A DNA stretch of 64,000 nucleotides. It comes from an uncultured Nitrososphaerales archaeon (lineage in GTDB: Archaea > Thermoproteota > Nitrososphaeria > Nitrososphaerales > Gagatemarchaeaceae). Numbering within the stretch: position 1 is the stretch's first letter; the number at the start of each line of letters is the position of its first letter. Below the pieces are notes generated by a model. It was not told the origin of the DNA. It ran no database searches and saw only the letters and a program-made list of their open reading frames with translations. The stretch is from positions 576,001 through 640,000 of the forward strand of contig OY970160.1 in assembly GCA_963706445.1 (NCBI GenBank), read 5' to 3'. Below, one piece after another: positions 9,685 through 18,272 of this stretch. A program made the translations under genes and the position numbers.

Positions 9685-10134
9685 ATGGACATCGAAGAAC
9701 CAACGGGTGCCCCCAAGGGGATTCTACTTGGCCTCGGGCTGATAGCGGTCCTGCTCGGAGCCGCGCTGGCTGGGCTCTTCATTTTCAGGCTCCAGCCGAC
9801 CCTAAGCGGTGGGACGGCGGCGGCGGGGTCGGTGATAATGCCCCTCGGTGTTGGGAGCAACACCCAGCTCAACTTCAGTCCTGACACGATCACCGTGGTG
9901 GTCGGGGCCAACAACACCGTGACTTTCACCAACAAAGACACAGCCACCCATACAGTCACCGCTGCTGACAACAGCTTCAACTCCGGAGACATCAAGCCTG
10001 GGCAGAGCTGGACCTATACGTTCAACACGCCAGGGACATACACCTACTATTGCATCTACCACCACGCATGGATGATGGGGACAGTGGTGGTCCTCTCAAG
10101 CTCAGGCGGCTCGTCTTCCGCGACCTCCACCTGA
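9685..10134 (+). CDS. membrane-anchored type-1 blue copper protein (plastocyanin/cupredoxin)
   Basis: N-terminal TM, HTVT and YYCIYHHAWM ligands. ATG 9685; the track ORF from 9376 is over-extended. Confidence 0.9.
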   Translation: MDIEEPTGAPKGILLGLGLIAVLLGAALAGLFIFRLQPTLSGGTAAAGSVIMPLGVGSNTQLNFSPDTITVVVGANNTVTFTNKDTATHTVTAADNSFNSGDIKPGQSWTYTFNTPGTYTYYCIYHHAWMMGTVVVLSSSGGSSSATST

Positions 10135-10175
10135 CTTAATTAACGGCGACATCGTTGGATGCGCAGGCGGTCTGA

Positions 10176-11162
10176 TTGGATGAGAAAGACGCAGGCAACG
10201 TTTTCCCGGGCAACTGGGACGTAGTCTCCGAGACGCTGCTGAAGACGTACGAGCTCTGGTTCCCCCAGAACTGGAGTCCGGTGGACCTCCCATGGGAGGA
10301 GTGTAACGCTAAGAACTTCTCCTCTGACGAGGCCGTGGCCCAGGCCTACTGGCTATCCAAGCTCGCGCTCTTCGAGAAGTCGGGGATAGGGGCCTTCGGT
10401 GCGGCTGCGGTCCAAGCAGCGACCCACGGCTTCGAAGATCCGACCAAAAAGTTCCTCTCGGCGGTGGCCTTCGACGAATGCCGCCACGACGAAGTCTGCA
10501 GGAGGGCATGCGCCCGCGTCTGCCCGAACTTTCCCTACCGGTTCAAGCCAAATTCAACCCTCGAGGAGAAGGCGCACCGCAACATCATGGCACTCTACGA
10601 CAACGGGGCAAGGTACTGGAGCGCCTTCAACCAGGCATGGGGGAAGTACCCGCTGGAGCTGATCTTTTCGAGCTTCTTCTTCGCGGAGATAGGGGCCCAG
10701 CTCATTTTCAAGGAGGTGGGAGAGCACTCGACCAACAAAGTTTACGTTGGGGCCTTCAAGAACATAACGAGAGACGAGTCCCGGCACCTGACTGGGACCC
10801 TGGCGATGCTGGAGCGGCTCGCCGAAAGAATGTCGAAGGAAGAGAAGTCGATGATATCGCGCCAGCTCAAGCACGGCTTCATCTATCTCTCGCCTCTTCT
10901 ATTCAAGCCCATGAACGACTTCTGGAAGCTCCCCGAGGACTTCTTCGAGTACGACCAGAAGCTAGAGGAGCTCGCGGCGAAGTCCGGACTTGGGGTGCCT
11001 AAGGTAGAGGAACGGTCCGAGGCCTGGATGAAGGCGATCTCTCGGCACCGCTCGAAGATAGAGGAGCTCGGGATTCCAGTCCCTGAAATCAAGGAGATAG
11101 GGCTAGCCGGCCTAGAAGTGAAGGTCAACAAGGGCGACGAGATAATCGCCACCCCGCTCTAG
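10176..11162 (+). CDS. ferritin-like di-iron carboxylate protein (R2lox/AurF-like)
   Basis: E...DECRH and E...DESRH pairs, plus N-terminal W.P.DLPW. Confidence 0.8.
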   Translation: MDEKDAGNVFPGNWDVVSETLLKTYELWFPQNWSPVDLPWEECNAKNFSSDEAVAQAYWLSKLALFEKSGIGAFGAAAVQAATHGFEDPTKKFLSAVAFDECRHDEVCRRACARVCPNFPYRFKPNSTLEEKAHRNIMALYDNGARYWSAFNQAWGKYPLELIFSSFFFAEIGAQLIFKEVGEHSTNKVYVGAFKNITRDESRHLTGTLAMLERLAERMSKEEKSMISRQLKHGFIYLSPLLFKPMNDFWKLPEDFFEYDQKLEELAAKSGLGVPKVEERSEAWMKAISRHRSKIEELGIPVPEIKEIGLAGLEVKVNKGDEIIATPL

Positions 11163-12331
11163 CGGCGCCACTTCTCGACCATCATCAAGACGGGGACAAT
11201 GAAAGCCACCGTCAGGGCTGCGCTCCAAAGCCACGCCTGAGAGTACCCGAACTGCTCCGCGACATACGAGAAGAAGAGCGGCGGAAAGAACTCCCCGGTA
11301 AGCTGTATGCTGTTGACCCACGCAATCGCCAGGCTCTCGTACTCCTTTCCTGCCTTGTTGAAGTCCCTCGCGCCGGCGAATGCGAAGGTGAACCCAAACC
11401 CAGAAACCAACCCCGCCAGAGTCGCGGCGGCTGCCGCAGCGTATATCGATCCCAAGCCGGCGATGGCCAGGGACGCCGCGCTCACCAGCATGGACGCAAT
11501 CATCAGCAGCCTGTGTCTTGAGACGGTGTCGTATACGCGGCCCCCCCATATTGAGGTGAAGATAGGAATGAAGGTGATTATCGAGGTGACAAGGGCTGCG
11601 ATCGTTCCTGGTACAGACAGGTTCTTTTCCAGATAAAACACCATGAATCCTGAAATCAGGGTGTTGCCAATGGAGAACCCCAGGACTCCGAGCCCAAGTA
11701 GCACAATCTGCTTGTCCAGGAGGACGGCGTAGAGTGACTTCTTCCCTATGACAAATTCCGCGCTGGCGTCGTCGCTTGGGACGAACAGCATCACGAGCAC
11801 TCCCGTGACGAGGTACAGGCCCCCGCTCAGAACTAGGCTCGGTCTCCAGCCGATCGCCGTTGCGATCACCACCCACCCGAATATCGCTATGATCCCTCCG
11901 ATGTCGAAGGCCGAGTTGAACAGCCCCACTCCCATCCCCGACTTCCCGCCCCGCAGGAGCCTAGTTACCATCACCACCCCGGGGGCGAATACGAACGCCA
12001 TCCCCGACCCGACCAGGAACCTCAACACCTCCAGCTCAGGTATGGTCGTGGCCACCGAAGTTCCGAGGACAGAGAACGACGTCAGGAATATTCCTGCGAC
12101 CACCACTTTCTTCGGCCCGTACTTGGCCGCGAGAATCCCGGCAGGGACCTGGACGAGTCCGATGCCAAGGTAGAACGCCGCGGTGACGTTCCCAAGCCCT
12201 GACACTCCTGCGCCGACTTCCTGACTTGAGAGATAGAAGATGGCGCCGAAGTTGAGCCAATTCACAGCGTAGATTATCCTGGCGATTATCAGGGAGCCGA
12301 GTGCCTTCGAATTCCTGCCAGATGCCTGCAA
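11159..12331 (-). CDS. MFS transporter
   Basis: About 12 TM helices and motif A (GILAAKYGPKK). Confidence 0.92.
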   Translation of the reverse strand: MQASGRNSKALGSLIIARIIYAVNWLNFGAIFYLSSQEVGAGVSGLGNVTAAFYLGIGLVQVPAGILAAKYGPKKVVVAGIFLTSFSVLGTSVATTIPELEVLRFLVGSGMAFVFAPGVVMVTRLLRGGKSGMGVGLFNSAFDIGGIIAIFGWVVIATAIGWRPSLVLSGGLYLVTGVLVMLFVPSDDASAEFVIGKKSLYAVLLDKQIVLLGLGVLGFSIGNTLISGFMVFYLEKNLSVPGTIAALVTSIITFIPIFTSIWGGRVYDTVSRHRLLMIASMLVSAASLAIAGLGSIYAAAAAATLAGLVSGFGFTFAFAGARDFNKAGKEYESLAIAWVNSIQLTGEFFPPLFFSYVAEQFGYSQAWLWSAALTVAFIVPVLMMVEKWRR

Positions 12332-12648
12332 CTGGCCGGGGGCCGAACCCCTTGTGCTTTAATTCAATCGATGGTTTGGTTTCAGTCCTCTTAGGAGCCG
12401 CTCGGCGAGAATCTCGTCTTTTTGATTGCAAATAGGCCGATGCCAAGGTGGTGCACTCCCGGGCCTCCGCACAAGCCCTCCCGCGATTCGCCAACACAGT
12501 CTTGCAATACGGTAGCGCCTGTCCATTGCTCCCGAATCCTGAAGAATCTGGGGGGCATCAGCCACGCCGCCTAGCCGTATGAATCCCCAATCGCCCTCAA
12601 ATCAGCAAAAGGCCCGAAAAAGCCTCATTTTGAGCCCCGTTACGAGGG

Positions 12649-12656
12649 TTTATATA
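12649..12656 (+). promoter_or_regulatory. consensus TATA box
   Basis: TTTATATA about 36 nt upstream of the small gene at 12692. Confidence 0.65.
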
Positions 12657-12691
12657 GCGAATCTGGCGAATTCGGGCCGAGGCATTTCGCA

Positions 12692-12844
12692 GTGGTAACA
12701 GGATACTGCGTCTACGAGAAGAAGAAGAACCGGGAGATAAAGAATCCCAAGCAAATCAAACTGAAGAACGGCAGGCCGGCAATCAAGGGCATCTGCGCCT
12801 CTTGCGGCAAGCAGATCTTCAGGATTGGCAAGCTGACAAAGTAG
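12692..12844 (+). CDS. DUF5679-like small basic zinc-ribbon protein (50 aa)
   Basis: Manual translation: MVTGYCVYEKKKNREIKNPKQIKLKNGRPAIKGICASCGKQIFRIGKLTK. Below the ORF-track cutoff. Confidence 0.85.
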   Translation: MVTGYCVYEKKKNREIKNPKQIKLKNGRPAIKGICASCGKQIFRIGKLTK

Positions 12845-12902
12845 ATTCTATTCTCCCGCTCCTTTTTATTTTAAAGGCAGGAACCCCGATGTCGATCCCG
12901 CG

Positions 12903-14303
12903 TTGCTGAAACTCTACAACAGTCTCGGAAGAAAGACGCAGACATTCGAGCCAATCGAGAAGGGAGAAGTGAAGATATACACGTGCGGACCGACGGTTTG
13001 GAACTACGCGCACATCGGGAACTTCCGGACGTTCGTCTTCGAAGATGTCCTCCGGCGCCACCTGAAGTTCAAAGGGTACGACGTGTACCAGGTGATGAAC
13101 ATCACAGACGTCGAAGACAAGATCATCAAGGGGATCAAGCAGATGGGCAAACCCCTGAAGGAACTCACGACCATGTACGAGGCAGCGTTCATGCAGGACA
13201 TGGCGACCCTGAACATCGAAAGGGCCGAGCTCTACCCGCGAGCCACCGACCACATCGGCGAGATGGTCGATCTCATCAAGGTCCTGCAGAAGAAGGGGTA
13301 CGCCTACACGGCCGCAGACGGCTCGATCTATTTCTCGCTGTCGAAGTTCAAGGGATACGGGGCGCTGTCGGGGGTAAGGTTGGATTCGCTCAAGCCTGCG
13401 GGGAGGGTGTCGAGCGACCACTACGAAGAGAAGCTGGAGGCGGCCGACTTCGCCCTCTGGAAGGCCTGGGACCCCGACGACGGGGAGGTCTTCTGGGACA
13501 CTGAACTCGGGAAGGGGAGGCCCGGCTGGAGCATCGAGTGCTCAGCGATGTCGATGAAGTACTTGGGGGAGACATTCGACATTCATACAGGAGGGTTGGA
13601 CAACAGGTTCCCGCATCACGAGAACGAGATCGCCCAGTCTGAAGCCGCCACGGGAAAGAAGTTCGTGAACTACTGGCTCCACTCGGAGTTCCTCAACGTC
13701 CACGGAGAAGAAATGCACAAGTCGTCGGGGAATATGGTCAATCTGAGGGAGCTGCTGGAACGGGGCTGGGAGCCCCTGACGATCAGGATGTTCCTCGTCT
13801 CTTCGAAATATAGAGACTCCATCGACCTGACCGACAACTCCCTGGAGCAGGCAAGGGCCCAGAGGGCCAGGCTGTCGGAGGCCATCGCGAGGCTGAAATC
13901 AGTCAGTGCGCCAAAGGGAAAGTCGCTCGCTCCGGCCCAGGAGTTCCTCGACGAATTCGAGGAAGCGATGGACGACGACCTCAACACCCCCAAGGCGCTG
14001 TCCGTGCTCTTCTCCTTCGTCAAGAGGTGCAATTCACTGGTGGACTCCGGGTCGATCAGCGCCGAGGAAGCGTCTAAGGCGAAGGCAGCCTTGGAGAGGG
14101 CGAACTCGGTCCTCGGAGTGATGGAGTTTGGGGATGAAACCCTCCCGCCGAACCTTGCCGAGCTGGTCGCAAGACGCGGCGAAGCTCGCAGGCGCAAGGA
14201 CTTTGCAGAGTCGGACAGGCTGAGGAAAGAGCTCCTCGCCTCAGGGATTCTGGTGGAGGACACTCCGGCGGGGACGCGCTGGAGGCGGGCTCCCCGAGGT
14301 TAA
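12903..14303 (+). CDS. cysS: cysteine--tRNA ligase
   Basis: CGPTV..YAHIGN, GRPGWSIECSAM, FPHHENE and EMHKS motifs. Confidence 0.98.
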   Translation: MLKLYNSLGRKTQTFEPIEKGEVKIYTCGPTVWNYAHIGNFRTFVFEDVLRRHLKFKGYDVYQVMNITDVEDKIIKGIKQMGKPLKELTTMYEAAFMQDMATLNIERAELYPRATDHIGEMVDLIKVLQKKGYAYTAADGSIYFSLSKFKGYGALSGVRLDSLKPAGRVSSDHYEEKLEAADFALWKAWDPDDGEVFWDTELGKGRPGWSIECSAMSMKYLGETFDIHTGGLDNRFPHHENEIAQSEAATGKKFVNYWLHSEFLNVHGEEMHKSSGNMVNLRELLERGWEPLTIRMFLVSSKYRDSIDLTDNSLEQARAQRARLSEAIARLKSVSAPKGKSLAPAQEFLDEFEEAMDDDLNTPKALSVLFSFVKRCNSLVDSGSISAEEASKAKAALERANSVLGVMEFGDETLPPNLAELVARRGEARRRKDFAESDRLRKELLASGILVEDTPAGTRWRRAPRG

Positions 14304-14375
14304 CTCGATGACTCCACTAGCTCAATTTCAGTAAATCTTCCCGATATTATCCGCCTTTCTCGGTCACAAAGGTCA

Positions 14376-16691
14376 ATGGGGATCACAGCCGAGTCCGCCA
14401 CAGCTCGGGCCGGCGGACTGAGGTCGTCAGCGCTCAGGAGGCCCCTTACCCTCCAATCAAGGGGGTGCAGAATCACCATCGATCCCGACGGCTCGGTCAG
14501 GTCGCTCTACTCCCTCGGGGAAAGGAGGGCCCTCTTCGGCTTCGAGCAGATCTGGTTGTACAAAGTCCAGGCGGGGGTCGTAGTCCAAGCACAGAGGCCC
14601 GACTGGGCCATCCGAATTTCGCCGCGAGGCATCCAGTTCTCCGGGAGGGCGTTCGAGGCCGTCGACGTCACCCAGGGAGTGGAGTTCCACCAGGGCGAGT
14701 CCATCGGATTCGTCCGACGACTCCGGCTGAAGAACTCAGGGCAGGGGCCCATGAAGCTGCGGGTCCTGGAGCTCGCCGACCCCACGGCTGCGCAGTTCGG
14801 AGCATCATCGGGTGCCTGGGGCTCGCTCGGAGTCAACGCGTTCAGCAGGGAGAGCCACGTGGCCATGGACGAGGTGTCAGACCCTCCGTCGGCAAGGGTG
14901 GTCGGCGCCAATCCGCCACCATCGAAGATCTACATGACGAACAGCAGGTCCCGGTCCCTGGACCTCGTCCAGGGGGGTGAACTCCCTGAGTCTACGGCGG
15001 GCATGTCGGGCCAGGTCGTCGTGGTGTCCACTCACGAGATCGAGCTCGCCCCCGGCGAATCGAAGGAAGTGGCCTTCGTCTCGCTTTACAACCAGGGGAA
15101 GCTGGAGAAGGTCCTCTCTGACTTCAGCCGCCTCCAGGGCGGGGAAAGGCCGAGCCAGACCCGCCTCCCTGTTCTCGCATGTTCTGATCCCACAATCACG
15201 GAAGCAGCGGCCTGGGCCCTTTCTTCGCTCGAGGGGGCGGCCTGTGCCGAAGACCCGCTTGACAGGTATGAATCGCTGAAGGCCCTCTCATACCTCCTAC
15301 CTTCGACTGCGAGGATCCAGATGAACGCGGCAAAGGAGGGGATAAGGAAGGACGGCTCCCTCCCCCACTCTCTTCGGGCGACCCTCCCCGGACTTCTTGA
15401 GACCGCCGTCTTCCTCCGTTCGGCGGCTTGGACTCTTGCCGTAGCCCAGGACAAGAAGCAGGCCCGGGCTTCCTACCCAGCCATCAAGAAGCTGGCTGGC
15501 TTTCTCCTCGCCTCCTCGAAGGACTTCTCGGTCCTGGCCGACCCCGGCCTCCCTCAGGGGTGGCGAAGACGCCTTGGGAGCGGATACCCGACGGGCGAGA
15601 TACCAGAACTCTCTCTTGCTGTCTCGGAAGCTCTAGATGCTGCCTCCCAGGTGTCCAGACTGATTGGAAGGTCCGACGAGGCGGGGCGCTACAAAGAGCG
15701 GTCAGAAATGATCTCGGACCACGTCAGGAAAAGGCTCCTCGATGAAAGGGGGTTCCTTTCCCTGTGCCGAGACTCCTCGGGGCGGCTTAGAGAGGACGAA
15801 ACCATCGACATGGCGATGGCGGCATACAGGCATGAGTTCCTTCCCTCCGCCGAGCAGGCGGCGGCCCACAGGCTCCTGGAGAAGGACTTCGACACTCCAT
15901 ATGGGCCTAGGTGCGTCCCGAACTCCAACCAGGTCTACTTCAACCGAGCCTACGGGAGCGGGCAGCTGGGAGGCGTCTGGACGCGAGCAGTGCTCGCGCA
16001 CGCTCTGGTCTGCTATCGAACTGGGTTGTCTGGGATAGGGAGCCTGGCCCTCCGAAAGGTCGCCAAATTGGTGGTCGACGACGCGCCGCGCCTGGGCGGT
16101 TCGCCGGGGGAGTTCCCGATGTGGGTCGACGTGGACGCTGGAGAGGCCCACTCCGACGGCGGAGACCCCGTGGCCGCGGCTCGGTTCATCGAGGTCCTCA
16201 TTGAAGGGGAGCTGGGGATCCCATCAGGCTCTGATCGGCGGGCCTTCTCCCCGTCGGCTTCGTCGGGGATTTCATGGCTGATGGCCGCCGATGTCTGGCT
16301 GGGAGAGCCTGCGTCTGTCTTCATGGGCAGGGCAGGCGGTGGACCGCACCTCTTCATCGGCGGGGGGAAGATAGACGCAAGGTCCGGCATAAGGTTCGCC
16401 AAAGCCGAGCTCCTCGACCTGCAGGCGAGGGGGGTCCATGGACTCCTCCTGCACACCCCGGGTCAGGTAATATGCCTGGGCAACAGCACGTCAGCCCAGG
16501 TCACAGTCGCAGTGACCTTCCCTCCAAGGGCCGCAGAGCTCACGAAGCGCCTTAGCACGTCGCTGGAAGCTTTCGACCCGGCGAAGGGCTCATGGACCAA
16601 GACTGGGAGCATCAGAGTCTTCCCCACCATGGAGTTCGAAGCGACAGTCGAGCCGAACGGGTGGAAAGTCTTCAGGGTCTCGACACCTTAA
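14376..16691 (+). CDS. glycoside-hydrolase-like protein (beta-sandwich + (alpha/alpha)6; GDE/amylo-alpha-1,6-glucosidase-like)
   Basis: GSLPH, F.TPYG.R, Y..G..GGVW and G.FP pattern. Catalytic residues not evident. Confidence 0.6.
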   Translation: MGITAESATARAGGLRSSALRRPLTLQSRGCRITIDPDGSVRSLYSLGERRALFGFEQIWLYKVQAGVVVQAQRPDWAIRISPRGIQFSGRAFEAVDVTQGVEFHQGESIGFVRRLRLKNSGQGPMKLRVLELADPTAAQFGASSGAWGSLGVNAFSRESHVAMDEVSDPPSARVVGANPPPSKIYMTNSRSRSLDLVQGGELPESTAGMSGQVVVVSTHEIELAPGESKEVAFVSLYNQGKLEKVLSDFSRLQGGERPSQTRLPVLACSDPTITEAAAWALSSLEGAACAEDPLDRYESLKALSYLLPSTARIQMNAAKEGIRKDGSLPHSLRATLPGLLETAVFLRSAAWTLAVAQDKKQARASYPAIKKLAGFLLASSKDFSVLADPGLPQGWRRRLGSGYPTGEIPELSLAVSEALDAASQVSRLIGRSDEAGRYKERSEMISDHVRKRLLDERGFLSLCRDSSGRLREDETIDMAMAAYRHEFLPSAEQAAAHRLLEKDFDTPYGPRCVPNSNQVYFNRAYGSGQLGGVWTRAVLAHALVCYRTGLSGIGSLALRKVAKLVVDDAPRLGGSPGEFPMWVDVDAGEAHSDGGDPVAAARFIEVLIEGELGIPSGSDRRAFSPSASSGISWLMAADVWLGEPASVFMGRAGGGPHLFIGGGKIDARSGIRFAKAELLDLQARGVHGLLLHTPGQVICLGNSTSAQVTVAVTFPPRAAELTKRLSTSLEAFDPAKGSWTKTGSIRVFPTMEFEATVEPNGWKVFRVSTP

Positions 16692-16719
16692 AAGCGCTGG
16701 CAGCGCTCGACGGCCCATC

Positions 16720-17718
16720 TTGGGGGGAGCATCTGTTACCGCCAACGGCGGCATCCAGGTGGAGATCGGGAAGATGCGATACGTCCTCGACCCCCACTCC
16801 CACGTCCGCTCAGACTACACGTTCGTCTCCCACGCACATCTGGACCACATGCACACCCCATCGAAGAAGGAGCGCATCATCGCTTCCCAGGCGACGGCGG
16901 AGCTTGCGAAGGCGAGAGGGTACGACCTCGGAGAGACGACCGAGGAGGTCGAAGGGGTCGAGCTCCTGGACTCCGGGCACATCCTCGGGTCGCGGGCGAT
17001 ACGGATCGAGGACGAGGTGTACTACACCGGAGACGCCTCGGGGAGGGCGCGGGGGTTCCTGGGAAGGTGCAAGACGCGCCAGGCGCGAATTCTCGTCATG
17101 GAGACGACCTACGGCACCCCGGAGTACGTCTTCCCTTCAACCGCCAAACTGGTCAAGGAGGTGAACGGCCTGATCGCGTCCGCCTACGACAGGGGGAGCC
17201 CCGTGGTCCTGATGGGGTACCCCCTTGGCAAGGCACAGCTCTTGTCATACTACTTCTCCAGCTGGGACCCGGTCTACTACCACGATAGCGTTGCAAAGAT
17301 GAACAGGATCCACATAGAACACGGGGTCCCCCTGAAGGTTGGCAAGCCCTTCGATCCTACAAAGGATCAGGATCGGCTCCCCAGGGGCCCCTGGGTCATG
17401 ATCAGCCCGATGGCGAGCGGCCGGAACAGGATGATGGCCCAACTGAAGAATGAGTACGGGGCACTGCTGGTGGCGTTCAGCGGCTGGGCGCTCGGGCCAG
17501 GGTACAGGCACACCATGGGGGCCGACTACTCCTTCCCCCTGAGCGACCACTGCGACTATCAGGAGCTCATTGAGCTGGTCAAAGGGGTCTCGCCGGAGAT
17601 GGTCTACACGGTCCACGGCTTTGCCGCCGAGTTCGCGAAGGACCTGCGCAAGATGGGATTCAGCGCCCGGCCCCTGGACGGGTACCAATCCTCTCTTTCT
17701 GATTACCTGAAAGTGTGA
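16720..17718 (+). CDS. MBL-fold/beta-CASP nuclease (ligase-associated exonuclease-like)
   Basis: SHAHLDH, SGHILGS, YTGD, ETTYG, LSDHCD and VHG motifs. Confidence 0.9.
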   Translation: MGGASVTANGGIQVEIGKMRYVLDPHSHVRSDYTFVSHAHLDHMHTPSKKERIIASQATAELAKARGYDLGETTEEVEGVELLDSGHILGSRAIRIEDEVYYTGDASGRARGFLGRCKTRQARILVMETTYGTPEYVFPSTAKLVKEVNGLIASAYDRGSPVVLMGYPLGKAQLLSYYFSSWDPVYYHDSVAKMNRIHIEHGVPLKVGKPFDPTKDQDRLPRGPWVMISPMASGRNRMMAQLKNEYGALLVAFSGWALGPGYRHTMGADYSFPLSDHCDYQELIELVKGVSPEMVYTVHGFAAEFAKDLRKMGFSARPLDGYQSSLSDYLKV

Positions 17719-17756
17719 CCCCGAATAAATAGGGCTCCCTGGGCCGCCCACTCCAA

Positions 17757-18272
17757 TTGACTGAGACAGGCCCGGAGCTCAAGGGTGCCAAGACATTCAG
17801 CTACTGGCGTCGTTTCATCAAGTTCAACCTGGTCGGCCTAAGTGGCGTCGCAGTGAACGAAGGGCTGCTGGTCTTGCTCGCTGCCGAGGGGGTCTACTAC
17901 CTATACGCCAGCACGATTGCCATCGAGGTCTCGATAGTATCGAACTTCGTCTTCAACGATTTTTGGACTTTCCGCGACCGAAGGCACGGCCACGTGGTCA
18001 CGAGATTCCTCAAGTTCAATGGGCTTATGATAATCGGTCTAGTGGCGAATCTTGCGATTCTGTACGGTGCCACTTCGCACCTCGGAATCAATTATGCCCT
18101 GTCGAACCTCGTGGGGATCGGAGCGGCCTTCCTGATTAGGTACTGGCTCAGTGTGAACTATGCCTGGATCAAGAAGGAGGAGGACTCCGTTGAACCGCCC
18201 CGGGACTCCTTGCATAGAGTGCGTATCCAGGAGCAGCTAGCCGACCCTGAGGTAGACCGGCCGTCCATCTAG
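17757..18272 (+). CDS. GtrA family membrane protein
   Basis: FIKFNLVGLSG, SNFVFNDFWTF and four TM helices. Confidence 0.9.
   Translation: MTETGPELKGAKTFSYWRRFIKFNLVGLSGVAVNEGLLVLLAAEGVYYLYASTIAIEVSIVSNFVFNDFWTFRDRRHGHVVTRFLKFNGLMIIGLVANLAILYGATSHLGINYALSNLVGIGAAFLIRYWLSVNYAWIKKEEDSVEPPRDSLHRVRIQEQLADPEVDRPSI

Noticed and set aside
12359-12565. 68-aa minus-strand ORF in the MFS-DUF5679 spacer
   Set aside because: No recognisable motif in any frame; may be a decayed remnant.
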